Source: Psammoneis japonica (lineage: Eukaryota). Taken from it: 64,000 nt of DNA. This document shows positions 13,030 through 25,125 of this stretch, piece by piece; position 1 is the first letter of the stretch, and each line of letters starts with the position of its first letter. The notes under the pieces are model-generated. The model saw only the letters and a list, made by a program, of their open reading frames with translations. It was not told the origin of the DNA and did no database searches. The DNA lies in assembly GCA_008632985.1 (NCBI GenBank), contig QPGO01000055.1, positions 62,001 to 126,000 of the forward strand, read 5' to 3'. The translations under genes were made by a program, and so were the position numbers.

Positions 13030-13285
13030 TTTTCGTCGCTACGTACGTTGTAGCAAAAAATCTACACAAAATATCCACAATCTCTTCTCAAACAGGCAAA
13101 CAGGGCTATTTTTATATGTGTATATGCAAATATTATGTCGCATGAATATGTTAATGAATATAATGAACGAATACATATCAGTATAAATTCTGAAATTTTT
13201 ATCTGTCTTTCCTACTTTGACTTTGAGTACAACTTGCGCGTTGGTGGACCTCAGACATTTTGGAAATTTTGCACGCAGTCACGCA

Positions 13286-13487
13286 TGTGATTTGATTGTA
13301 GCTATTCTGCTGTTGTAACAATCAAAGGGCTAAGAAAATTGTGTGTTAAAATAGAATGTGAATTTTTAAAGTGCGTAGTTGGTCTCTTGTCGGAAGTAAG
13401 TGCGTCAGTAAAGAATCTAGCTCTTGAATCAAGTTCAAGGACTAGGACAGTTCGCCTGTCTGTCCGTTTGACCCTGGATTCATCACA
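13286..13487 (-). repeat. 3' LTR
   Basis: TG...CA ends; aligns to the other two LTRs; PPT at 13488-13499. Confidence 0.95.
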
Positions 13488-13520
13488 CTCCCTCTCAAGA
13501 GCCAATGCAGCGTTGTTTCC

Positions 13521-16500
13521 TTGCCAACCAAGTGTGAACTTTCGATGCCAAACGAGCAACTCTAGTGACAAAGGCTTGGTCAAGCAATCTGCAGGCTGAG
13601 CCTCGGTGTCAATTTTCACTGTCTCAATCTGTCCGCTCTGGACATGTGACCGGAAGTGGTGCAACTTGACATTGAGATGCTTTGTACGAGGTCGGCACTT
13701 GTGGACTCGCGCCATCTCTAGTGCACCGCTGTTGTCCTCGAGCACTCTGCAATGGATCTTGGGTTCCGCTCGATCGATCGGAAAACCCTCTGCTTTCAAT
13801 TCTTTCAGCATCTCCATCAAAGGGATCGCCTCTCGCAGGGCACAGCTCAGTCCCGTGCACTCGCTCTCAGTTGAAGAGAGACACATTTCTCCCTGTAATT
13901 GGGATTTCCACGTGACCGGACATCCACCGTACATAATGACACATCCATGTCTGGACCTTGCAGTGTCTGGATTCGAAGTGTCACTCTTGTCGAAGTTCCC
14001 CGCAAAATCCGCATCCACATGAACCTCGAGTTCCTTGGACTTGGTTGGCCGCATGACAATTCCTTTGTCCCTCGTTCCCATGAGACACCTGCCCAACCAC
14101 CTGATTGCCTCACCGTGCTCGACTTTTGGAGCTGCTGTGAACCTCGCGCACTGGTGAATTGTGTGTGAACAGTCGCTTCGGGTGCCACGCTCCAAGCAAT
14201 TCAATTTTCCAATCATGCTCCGGCAGTCGAAGCTGTTGTCAAAGTCTTCTGAGTCTTGGTGTCGACCCAAAATCACGGATGATGCAGCTGGAGTGTCTTT
14301 CGTCTTGGTGTTCTTCTGGAAGTTCAGTTGCTCCAGAATTTGATCGACAAGGTGAGGTTGCGTCAGATGTGTCGTCCCGTCCGCTTTCCTGTCGACATTC
14401 ACCCCAAGAAAATCTTGAATGTCGCCTTCCTCCGTCATGTTTAGGTCTGCGCTTCGTGTGTCTTTCACGACTTGATCAAGCTCCTTTTTGTCTGGACCAG
14501 CAAGCAAAGAATCATCCGTGTAGAGGACGCACATGCACTTTCCTCGGAAGAAGACGCACTCATCATATTTCGACTGCTTGAAGCCGAGCTTGTTGACAAG
14601 TTTGTCCACGAGATAGTCGTTCCACACTCGGCCAGCTTGTTTCTGACCGTGTGCATTTCGATGGAGTTCGAGCACACAGTCCTCCGAGTTGCCATCTTCT
14701 ACCTCGAATCCCTTGGGAATTTTCATGTGGATCTCTCGCTCGACTGGGGCCTGCGGAAACGCCAGCACGCAATCGAGTTGCTTGGTGTGCCAATTGTTCA
14801 TGGCCGAGAGAATTGGCAGCATTCGGATCGAGCTCCATGAGGCTGCAGGTGCGTGTGTCCTGTCCAGATTGTAGTGAATTGACTTTTTCATCCTTGACCC
14901 GTCGATGTTGAGCCTCGCCTTGTACTTTTTGACTTTTCTCGTCTTGATGTCGCGTTTCTGCTTCATTTGCCACACTGCAGGCAATGCTGTGGCATCCTTG
15001 GGGATCTCGGAAATGTGTCTCACCGAGAAGTTTCGGTTCCCGATCTGATCTTGGAATTCTTTTTCCATCGCCTTGACGAACTCCTTCGCATCTTTTTCCT
15101 TCATCGCTTTGTGGTGGCACATGGTGTCTGGGTCCGCCGTCGACTTGCAGGCATGCAAGGGATCTTCTTCGGACAATTCTTGTTGAGGACAGAGAGATTT
15201 GAATCCGAAGATCTCTCCCTCTGTCTCTCCAATGCATTCTTCAGCTCTCGCTAGTGACTCGGCGGCATGTCTTGGGTTCGGTCTACTGACACGTCCCGAT
15301 CTGGTCGTCACCAGAGGTGCGTCGCGTTGCGCTGCGTCTTGTTGTTGTGCTGGAGCTTCCACGTTAGTAGCGCGCTGTGGGTTGCCTCCTGAGCACTGGT
15401 TGGGAGGTTGCTGTCCTCCCTCTGAGTTGGCGATTCGTTCTCGCCTTGTGTTCCATTCAAGCTCGACCCATCAGGCTCTTGGTCTGTTGGTCGGCTGTCG
15501 TCGGTGCTCAACCACATGGGTTGTTCCCTGGAGGATTTTCGTTTTCTCCTCTTCTTGTGGCTCTTCTTGTTCGTGAGCCTCACGCTGTTTTCGCGTTTTC
15601 TGTTGTTGGGGGTCTCGGATGCTCCGTCAGCCTGGCCATCGGCTGGTGGATCTTCAAAGCCTGCTTTGGCCTTCCATCCGATCTTCCAGCGCTCTTGTTG
15701 CGCCATGTGAAAACTCGGGACGAATCTTACATGGAATTGTGGGCTTGCTCGTCCTGTTTCGATGTCGAGGACAAGCGCTGCGTTTCGGCAGTGCACTGGC
15801 GATTGGCCAAGGTAAATTCCCACGTTGGACCTTTGCTTCCACTTGTTGAAAATGTTTCCCGTCTGAAGTGCTTCTTCTAGCACCGCCACAGGACACCCAA
15901 AAGGGTGACAGTGTTTTGAGTTTACATCCACTGCGGATGAAGTGAACAGCTGGCATGCGCTTCGGCTCGCTGGATCTTTCGGCAGCGGCGTCTCGTTCAG
16001 CGCTTGATTTGCCATTCGCAATGCGTGCGGCCAGAGGTGAGGCGAGATGGCTTGTGGCCACCTCTTGTTCGCGTGGATCAATTGCGTTCTTGCTGGGTCT
16101 TGCAGATCTCGTATTTTCTTCTCTGCAATTCCATTTTGATGATGCGCATTCACTCCGGCAAAGGCAAGTCCCTGCCTTTGTTCTCGAACTGCATTCACCC
16201 ATGCCTTCGCCTTGAAAATGCCGTTGTCGGCATGACAGTGTCGGATTTTGATTCCACTTTCTTCTGCATGCTGCTCAAATGCTCTCTTCCCTCTCAACAT
16301 CTCTTCAGCAGAGCTCGTTTGCTGGAGGTGTGCGCATCCGTAGCCTGCAGCTTGGTCAACGTACACAGTCGCATGGTTGTAGCGGTTTTTGGCAAGCATC
16401 CCCGTGTTCTGTGCCACCAGTCCAGGTGTGCTCGAGACTGGCATGTCGACTGACACGACTTGTCCCGGTCTCGTAGGTGCAATTTTGTTCCTGCTCTTTT

Positions 16501-17797
16501 CGGTCCTTGGTCTCCATGGGCGCTTTGTTTGCTTCCCACAAAGGCATGCCGAGCAGACTGGGACTGGGCACTTGGCCAGCGTGGGATCAATGAGCCTCAT
16601 TTTCGCCATCTGTTGCAGGTGCTTGAATGATGTGTGACTGAATTTGTGATGCAGCTTCAGCAGTTTGGTGGTTTTTGTTTCTTCACCTCCATCTTGTCTG
16701 TCTTCCTCGTCTGGAACAACTGCCGCCGGACTGTCTTCATCCTTCTCCCCTTGCAGATCAAATTCGGTCTGCCGTGGGGCGGCCCAGTCAATGGGTTGGG
16801 CCGCGGTGTCCAATGAGTGTAGACCTGCTTTTTGAAGGTGGGATTCTGAGAGCGTTTCGTCGTCAGCCTCGTCATCGCCAACAAGGTGAGCTTCAGAATC
16901 GTGTGCGATTGTAGGATCGTCCTCGTCGTTCGCTGAAATTTTTGCCTCTTGACAGAAAGCATCACATTTGGAGCAGCCGGGAGCCAGGGCGAATGTGGCG
17001 ACGTTTGATTTTGTTTTGTCGATCGGTGTGGTTAGCTTGTGCGAATGTTGGTTCCAACACAAAACCGTTGCGCAATGGTTGGTGGTCTCCCCTGTCCCGC
17101 CAACTGCGTCTTTTTGAGATTGTGCCCAGTGTTGTGGACCAAGCAGTCGCGTGTCCTCGTCCGTGGGTACGTAGAACGAGTTGGGGATGCGAAACTTGTG
17201 TCGTTTTCCAGTGTCGTCTAACCAGTTCCATGCGATTGTGCCAATCATAACTCCTTTCGTTCGTGTTCCTCCGAAACCCTTGATGCAGCGATTCGATTGT
17301 CGCGGTGGGCCTTCGAAATCTTCGATGAACGAAGAAATGCATCCGGAACAGCGATTGTCAATGCCGACCGGGCCTCCATCAGTGTCGAAAACGACGTCAT
17401 TCGTGCGTGCTGGGCAGGTCTGAGCTTTGAATGCCAAAGCCGTGCATGCGGTCCACACATTGCGAATGCCTCGTGCCAAGTTCCATCGAGTGCACTTACG
17501 GCGTCGACACTTCACGATTGCTCCCTCTAGGGAGCGAATCCGTGCTCGCATGGCTTGTGCCTCTTTCCCGTTCGGGCTGCTCTCCCCCGTCCACATGGGA
17601 TTAACGAGTTTTCGGCGCTGTCGGGATCGATCTCGGCGTTCATAACGACTCTTGTTCCTAGATTTTCGTCGGTTCATTGGATTGGGCCGGATTGGTGAAA
17701 GGCAGGCTAGAATGTACAGTGACAGCGACCAGATCGTCTTGTGGGACTTGTGGGCTGCTCCTGTCAATCGCCTCCTCCACGTGGGTGACGTTGATGG
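13521..17797 (-). pseudogene. copia pol, unit A (protease, integrase, RT, RNase H); frameshift near 15350; likely original stop now CAA
   Basis: GIDNRCS, HHKFSH..C..C, VSVD/HADNG/QNGIAE, ARLNIDG, YTDD, DADFAG, STESE, EDNSGA. Confidence 0.9.
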
Positions 17798-19075
17798 TCA
17801 TTCCGCATCCGAAGATGAATCGTCTCCGCCGTTCTTGATCGCTTCCATAGCTTGTGAAATGCGGGCGGCATTCTTCGTCGCACCGCGCTGCTCTTTGTCT
17901 TCTTCATCCCTCTTGGGAATGAATCCGAGTCCTTTGCAATCCTTGGGATGGTGAATTCGCCACTTTCCACCACATTTTCCTCCAGTGATCTTGTCACACC
18001 AATGGCGCGGCTTGCCTTTCCACACGACGGGGATCTTTTCTTTACCCTTCGCCGGTGGTTTGGTGGGACCCTTCTCCCTGCGACACCTTTTCGAGGGCTC
18101 GCGTCGTTTCTTCTTGTGAGCCTTTTTCTTTTTCTCAAGGCTCGCAATCTTGGCTGACAGAGCAACAATCTGCTCCTCTTGAGGATCGGGAGCATTCCAT
18201 TCTCCATTTTCCTTCATCATCTTGAAGCGCTCGTTTGCCACATTCATGATGTCTTCAGGAGTCATGTCTTGTCCCTCATCATGCTGCTCCTTCTTCCTGC
18301 CAATGCAGTCAACGAACTTCTTGTCCGATGCGTTGGCACATCCCTTGAAGAGGTTTGCCAACAAGTCTTCTGCAGTCTCCCCTCGTGCGGCAAGCGCCTT
18401 CGTCATCATGAGCACATGCTGATTGAATTTTGTGATGTCCGAGTTGATCGTATGAATGCACTTGTCCAGTGATGATAACTTGGATCTGATGCTGGACGTT
18501 TTCGCATTCGAATCGAGATGGCTCTCGCGAATGATGACCTTGAGGAGCAGACATGCAGATGGACGTTTCTGTTGGATGGGATCTCCTTCCCTTGGCTGGA
18601 GTGTGTGCTCCTTCTTGTGCATCAAGATCTTGTTTAGTGCCTGGGTGTCGAGACTCGCCATCAGACACGAACAGAACATGTGATTGTCCTGTGTCGCACG
18701 TCCTTCTTCGAAGAGGCAAGCTCTCTCGTGTTGCTCAATTTGTTCCACAGTGAGCTGTCCGCAGTTGTCCACCAGATGAACACGATCACTGTCTTGCTCT
18801 TCGGGGTTCAAGTCGACCAGCAGAATGGACAATTCATGCTCGTCGTTGTTCCATCCGCAATCGCCCGCACGTTCATCAATTGCCTCCAGAAACGAGAACA
18901 AACTCTCTGGCGTGCAATTGAACAACTCTTCACTGAGTTTGTACATCGCTCTTTCGTAGAGCTTCCTTCCGGATGTTCTCCGACAGTCAATTGCGCCGGT
19001 CATGGCGCCCGCTGGCGTGAATGCAAATGGGACATCCTCTCCAGCAGCTGACACGCTGCCATCAGAACCCGCCAT
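17798..19075 (-). CDS. copia gag, unit A (hypermutated)
   Basis: 425-aa ORF directly after the LTR/PBS with a C-terminal WC..C..W..H..C knuckle-like motif. Confidence 0.8.
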   Translation of the reverse strand: MAGSDGSVSAAGEDVPFAFTPAGAMTGAIDCRRTSGRKLYERAMYKLSEELFNCTPESLFSFLEAIDERAGDCGWNNDEHELSILLVDLNPEEQDSDRVHLVDNCGQLTVEQIEQHERACLFEEGRATQDNHMFCSCLMASLDTQALNKILMHKKEHTLQPREGDPIQQKRPSACLLLKVIIRESHLDSNAKTSSIRSKLSSLDKCIHTINSDITKFNQHVLMMTKALAARGETAEDLLANLFKGCANASDKKFVDCIGRKKEQHDEGQDMTPEDIMNVANERFKMMKENGEWNAPDPQEEQIVALSAKIASLEKKKKAHKKKRREPSKRCRREKGPTKPPAKGKEKIPVVWKGKPRHWCDKITGGKCGGKWRIHHPKDCKGLGFIPKRDEEDKEQRGATKNAARISQAMEAIKNGGDDSSSDAE

Positions 19076-19088
19076 GGCACAACCAACT

Positions 19089-19106
19089 TAGCGCAGAGGA
19101 AGCGTG
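19089..19106 (-). promoter_or_regulatory. Putative primer-binding site complementary to the D-arm of initiator tRNA-Met (second copy 24908-24925)
   Basis: Plus strand TAGCGCAGAGGAAGCGTG resembles eukaryotic tRNAi-Met TGGCGCAGCGGAAGCGTG and abuts the LTR end. Confidence 0.6.
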
Positions 19107-19306
19107 TGATTTGATTGTAGCTGTTCTGCTGTTGTGACAATCAAAGGGCTAAGAAAATTGTGTGTTAAAATAGAATGTGAATTTTTAAAGTGCACAGTTG
19201 GTCTCTTGTCAGAAGTGAGTGTGTCAGTGAAGAATCTAGCTCTTGAATCAAGTTCAAGGACTAGGACAGTTCGCCTGTCTGTCCGTTTGACCCTGGATTC
19301 ATCACA
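19105..19306 (-). repeat. Shared central LTR
   Basis: PPT on one side, PBS-like sequence on the other. Confidence 0.95.
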
Positions 19307-19339
19307 CTCCCTCTCAAGAGCCAATGCAGCGTTGTTTCC

Positions 19340-22300
19340 TTGCCAACCAAGTATGAACTTTCGATGCCGAACGAGCAACTCTAGTGACAAAGGCTTGGTC
19401 AAGCAATCTGCAGGCTGAGCCTCGGTGTCAATTTTCACTGTCTCAATCTGTCCGCTCTGGACATGTGACCGGAAGTGGTGCAACTTGACATTGAGATGCT
19501 TTGTGCGAGGTTGGCACTTGTGGACTCGCGCCATCTCTGGTGCACCGCTGTTGTCCTTGAACACTCTGCAATGGATCTTGGGTTCTGCTCGATCGATCGG
19601 AAAACCCTCTGCTTTCAATTCTTTCAGCATCTCCATCAAAGGGATCGCCTCTCGCAGGGCACAGCTCAGTCCCGTGCACTCGCTCTCAGTTGAAGAGAGA
19701 CACATTTCTCCCTGTAATTGGGATTTCCACGTGACCGGACATCCACCGCACATGATGACACATCCATGTCTGGACCTTGCAGTGTCTGGATTCGAAGTGT
19801 CACTCTTGTCGAAGTTCCCCGCAAAATCCGCATCCACATGAACCTCGAGTTCCTTGGACTTGGTTGGCCGCATGACAATTCCTTTGTCCCTCGTTCCCAT
19901 GAGACACCTGCCCAACCACCTGATTGCCTTACCGTGCTCGACTTTTGGAGCTGCTGTGAACCTCGCGCACTGGTGAATTGTGTGTGAACAGTCGCTTCGG
20001 GTGCCACGCTCCAAGCAATTCAATTTTCCAATCATGCTCTGGCAGTCGAAGCTGTTGTCAAAGTCTTCTGAGTCTTGGTGTCGACCCAAAATCACGGATG
20101 ATGCAGCTGGAGTGTCTTTCGTCTTGGTGTTCTTCTGGAAGTTCAGTTGCTCCAGAATTTGATCGACAAGGTGAGGTTGCGTCAGATGTGTCGTCCCGTC
20201 CGCTTTCCTGTCGACATTCACCCCAAGAAAATCTTGAATGTCGCCTTCCTCCGTCATGTTTAGGTCTGCGCTTCGTGTGTCTTTCACGACTTGATCAAGC
20301 TCCTTTTTGTCTGGACCAGCAAGCAAAGAATCATCCGTGTAGAGGACGCACATGCACTTTCCTCGGAAGAAGACGCACTCATCACATTTCGACTGCTTGA
20401 AGCCGAGCTTGTTGACAAGTTTGTCCACGAGATAGTCGTTCCACACTCGGCCAGCTTGTTTCTGACCGTGTGCATTTCGATGGAGTTCGAGCACACAGTC
20501 CTCCGAGTTGCCATCTTCTACCTCGAATCCCTTGGGAATTTTCATGTAGATCTCTCGCTCGACTGGGGCCTGCGGAAACGCTGGCACGCAATCGAGTTGC
20601 TTGGTGTGCCAATTGTTCATGGCCGAGAGAATTGGCAGCATTCGGATCGAGCTCCATGAGGCTACAGGTGCGTGTGTCCTGTCCGGATTGTAGTGAATTG
20701 ACTTTTTCATCCTTGACCCGTCGATGTTGAGCCTCGCCTTGTACTTTTTGACTTTTCTCGTCTTGATGTCGCGTTTCCGCTTCATTTGCCACACTGCAGG
20801 CAATGCTGTGGCATCCTTGGGGATCTCGGAAATGTGTCTCACCGAGAAGTTTCGGTTCCCGATCTGATCTTGGAATTCTTTTTCCATTGCCTTGACGAAC
20901 TCCTTCGCATCTTTTTCCTTCATCGCTTTGTGGTGGCACATGGTGTCTGGGTCCGCCGTCGACTTGCAGGCATGCAAGGGATCTTCTTCGGACAATTCTT
21001 GTTGAGGACAGAGAGATTCGAATCCGAAGATCTCTCCCTCTGTCTCTCCAATACATTCTTCAGCTCTCGCTAGCGACTCGGCGGCATGTCTTGGGTTCGG
21101 TCTACTGACACATCCCGATCTGGTCGTCACCAGAGGTGCGTCGCGTTGCGCTGCATCTTGTTGTTGTGCTGGAGCTTCCACGTTAGTAGCGCGCTGTGGG
21201 TTGCCTCCTGAGCACTGGTTGGGAGGTTGCTGTCCTCCCTCTGAGTTGGCGATTCGTTCTCGCCTTGTGTTCCATTCAAGCTCGACCCATCAGGCTCTTG
21301 GTCTGTTGGTCGGCTGTCGTCGGTGCTCAACCACATGGGTTGTTCCCTGGAGGATTTTCGTTTTCTCCTCTTCTTGTGGCTCTTCTTGTTTGTGAGCCTC
21401 ACGCTGTTTTCGCGTTTTCTGTTGTTGGGGGTCTCGGATGCTCCGTCAGCCTGGCCATCGGCTGGTGGATCTTCAAAGCCTGCTTTGGCCTTCCATCCGA
21501 TCTTCCAGCGCTCTTGTTGCGCCATGTGAAAACTCGGGTCAAATCTCACATGGAATTGTGGGCTTGCTCGTCCTGTTTCGATGTCGAGGACAAGCGCTGC
21601 GTTTCGGCAGTGCACTGGCGATTGGCCAAGGTAAATTCCCACGTTGGACCTTTGCTTCCACTTGTTGAAAATGTTTCCCGTCTGAAGTGCTTCTTCTAGC
21701 ACCGCCACAGGACACCCAAAAGGGTGACAGTGTTTTGAGTTTACATCCACTGCGGATGAAGTGAACAGCTGGCATGCGCTTCAGCTCGCTGGATCTTTCG
21801 GCAGCGGCGTCTCGTTCAGCGCTTGATTTGCCATTCGCAATGCGTGCGGCCAGAGGTGAGGCGAGATGGCTTGTGGCCACCTCTTGTTCGCGTGAATCAA
21901 TTGCGTTCTCGCTGGGTCTTGCAGATCTCGTATTTTCTTCTCTGCAATTCCATTTTGATGATGCGCATTCACTCCGGCAAAGGCAAGTCCCTGCCTTTGT
22001 TCTCGAACTGCGTTCACCCATGCCTTCGCCTTGAAAATGCCGTTGTCGGCATGACAGTGTCGGATTTTGATTCCACTTTCTTCTGCATGCTGCTCAAATG
22101 CTCTCTTCCCTCTCAACGTCTCTTCAGCAGAGCTCGTTTGCTGGAGGTGTGCGCATCCGTAGCCTGCAGCTTGGTCAACGTACACAGTCGCATGGTTGTA
22201 GCGGTTTTTGGCAAGCATCCCCGTGTTCTGTGCCACCAGTCCAGGTGTGCTCGAGACTGGCATGTCGACTGACACGACTTGTCCCGGTCTCGTAGGTGCA

Positions 22301-23616
22301 ATTTTGTTCCTGCTCTTTTCGGTCCTTGGTCTCCATGGGCGCTTTGTTTGCTTCCCATGAGGGCATGCCGAGCAGACTGGGACTGGGCACTTGGCCAGCG
22401 TGGGATCAATGAGCCTCATTTTCGCCATCTGTTGCAGGCGCTTGAATGATGTGTGACTGAATTTGTGATGCAGCTTCAGCAGTTTGGTGGTTTTTGTTTC
22501 TTCACCTCCATCTTGTCTGTCTTCCTCGTCTGGAACAACTGCCGCCGGACTGTCTTCATCCTTCTCCCCTTGCAGATCAAATTTGGTCTGCCGTGGGGCG
22601 GCCCAGTCGATGGGTTGGGCCGCGGTGTCCAATGAGTGTAGACCTGCTTTTTGAAGGTGGGATTCTGAGAGCGTTTCGTCGTCAGCCTCGTCATCGCTGA
22701 CAAGGTGAGCTTCAGAATCGTGTGCGATTGTAGGATCGTCCTCGTCGTTCGCTGAAATTTTTGCCTCTTGACAGAAAGCATCACATTTGGAGTAGCCGGG
22801 AGCCAGGGCGAACGTGGCGACGTTTGATTTCGTTTTGTCGATCGGTGTGGTTAGCTTGTGCGAATGTTGGTTCCAACACAAAACCGTTGCGCAATGGTTG
22901 GTGGTCTCCCCTGTCCCGCCAACTGCATCTTTTTGAGATTGCGCCCAGTGTTGTGGACCAAGCAGTCGCGTGTCCTCGTCCGTGGGTACGTAGAACGAGT
23001 TGGGGATGCGAAACTTGTGTCGTTTTCCAGTGTCGTCCAACCAGTTCCATACGATTGTGCCAATCATAACTCCTTTCGTTCGTGTTCCTCCGAAACCCTT
23101 GATGCAGCGATTCGATTGTCGCGGTGGGCCTTCGAAATCTTCGATGAACGAAGAAATGCATCCGGAACAGCGATTGTCAACGCCGACCGGGCCTCCATCA
23201 GTGTCGAAAACGACGTCATTCGTGCGTGCTGGGCAGGTCTGAGCTTTGAATGCCAAAGCCGTGCATGCGGTCCACACATTGCGAATGCCTCGTGCCAAGT
23301 TCCATCGAGTGCACTTACGGCGTCGACACTTCACGATTGCTCCCTCTAGGGAGCGAATCCGTGCTCGCATGGCTTGTGCCTCTTTCCCGTTCGGGCTGCT
23401 CTCCCCCGTCCACATGGGATTAACGAGTTTTCGGTGCTGTCGGGATCGATCTCGGCGTTCATGACGACTCTTGTTCCTAGATTTTCGTCGGTTCATTGGA
23501 TTGGGCCGGATTGGTGAAAGGCAGGCTAGAATGTGCAGTGACAGCGACCAGATCGTCTTGTGGGACTTGTGGGCTGCTCCTGTCAATCGCCTCCTCCACG
23601 TGGGTGACGTTGATGG
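19340..23616 (-). pseudogene. copia pol, unit B; same frameshift as unit A plus an extra CGA->TGA stop at 21781
   Basis: Near-identical to unit A at offset 5819. Confidence 0.9.
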
Positions 23617-24894
23617 TCATTCCGCATCCGAAGATGAATCGTCTCCGCCGTTCTTGATCGCTTCCATAGCTTGTGAAATGCGGACGGCATTCTTCGTCGC
23701 ACCACGCTGCTCGTTGTCTTCTTCATCCCTCTTGGGAATGAATCCGAGTCCTTTGCAATCCTTGGGATGGTGAATTCGCCACTTTCCACCACATTTTCCT
23801 CCAGTGATCTTGTCACACCAATGGCGCGGCTTGCCTTTCCACACGACGGGGATCTTTTCTTTACCCTTCGCCGGTGGTTTGGTGGGACCCTTCTCCCTGC
23901 GACACCTTTTCGAGGGCTTGCGTCGTTTCTTCTTGTGAGCCTTTTTCTTTTTCTCAAGGCTCGCAATCTTGGCTGACAGAGCAACAATCTGCTCCTCTTG
24001 AGGATCGGGAGCATTCCATTCTCCATTTTCCTTCATCATCTTGAAGCGCTCGTTTGCCACATTCATGATGTCTTCAGGAGTCATGTCTTGTCCCTCATCA
24101 TGCTGCTCCTTCTTCCTGCCAATGCAGTCAACGAACTTCTTGTCCGATGCGTTGGCACATCCCTTGAAGAGGTTTGCCAACAAGTCTTCTGCAGTCTCCC
24201 CTCGCGCGGCAAGCGCCTTCGTCATCATGAGCACATGCTGATTGAATTTTGTGATGTCCGAGTTGATCGTATGAATGCACTTGTCCAGTGATGATAACTT
24301 GGATCTGATGCTGGACGTTTTCGCATTCGAATCGAGATGGCTCTCGCGAATGATGACCTTGAGGAGCAGACACGCAGATGGACGTTTCTGTTGGATGGGA
24401 TCTCCTTCCCTTGGCTGGAGTGTGTGCTCCTTCTTGTGCATCAAGATCTTGTTTAGTGCCTGGGTGTCGAGACTCGCCATCAGACACGAACAGAACATGT
24501 GATTGTCCTGTGTCGCACGTCCTTCTTCGAAGAGGCAAGCTCTCTCGTGTTGCTCAATTTGTTCCACAGTGAGCTGTCCGCAGTTGTCCACCAGATAAAC
24601 ACGATCACTGTCTTGCTCTTCGGGGTTCAAGTCGACCAGCAGAATGGACAATTCATGCTCGTCGTTGTTCCATCCGCAATCGCCCGCACGTTCATCAATT
24701 GCCTCCAGAAACGAGAACAAGCTCTCTGGCGTGCAATCGAACAACTCTTCACTGAGTTTGTACGTCGCTCTTTCGTAGAGCTTCCTTCCGGATGTTCTCC
24801 GACAGTCGATTACGCCGGTCATGGCGCCCGCTGGCGTGAATGCAAATGGGACATCCTCTCCAGCAGCTGACACGCTGCCATCAGAACCCGCCGT
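23617..24894 (-). pseudogene. copia gag, unit B (ACG where unit A has ATG)
   Basis: Near-identical to 17798-19075. Confidence 0.8.
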
Positions 24895-24923
24895 GGTGCA
24901 ACCAGCTCAGCGCAGAGGAAGCG

Positions 24924-25125
24924 TGTGATTTGATTGTAGCTGTTCTGCTGTTGTAACAATCAAAGGGCTAAGAAAATTGTGTGTTAAAATAGAATGTGAA
25001 TTTTTAAAGTGCGTGGTTGGTCTCTTGTCGGAAGTAAGTGCGTCAGTAAAGAATCTAGCTCTTGAATCAAGTTCAAGGACTAGGACAGTTCGCCTGTCTG
25101 TCCGTTTGACCCTAGATTCATCACA
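24924..25125 (-). repeat. 5' LTR
   Basis: Aligns to the other LTRs; outer flank CACGCA. Confidence 0.95.

Larger units (their letters stand above)
13286..25125 (-). mobile_element. Ty1/copia LTR retrotransposon, two tandem units sharing a central LTR (period 5819 bp)
   Basis: Three 202-bp LTRs TGTGAT...ATCACA; gag-PR-IN-RT-RH order; PPT CTTGAGAGGGAG next to the 3' LTRs; CACGCA on both outer flanks (13280-13285, 25126-25131). Confidence 0.95.

Noticed and set aside
13488..24923. ADAR-type RNA editing or an alternative genetic code
   Set aside because: Changes are both A>G and T>C on one strand, differ between genomic duplicates and affect a DNA transposon; host genes use Tyr and stop codons normally.
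13286..25125. Classical RIP (CA->TA) or CpG decay alone as the explanation
   Set aside because: RIP would raise TA, and conserved Tyr residues plus the three-state LTR site show TA is ancestral; CpG decay cannot change TAY codons.
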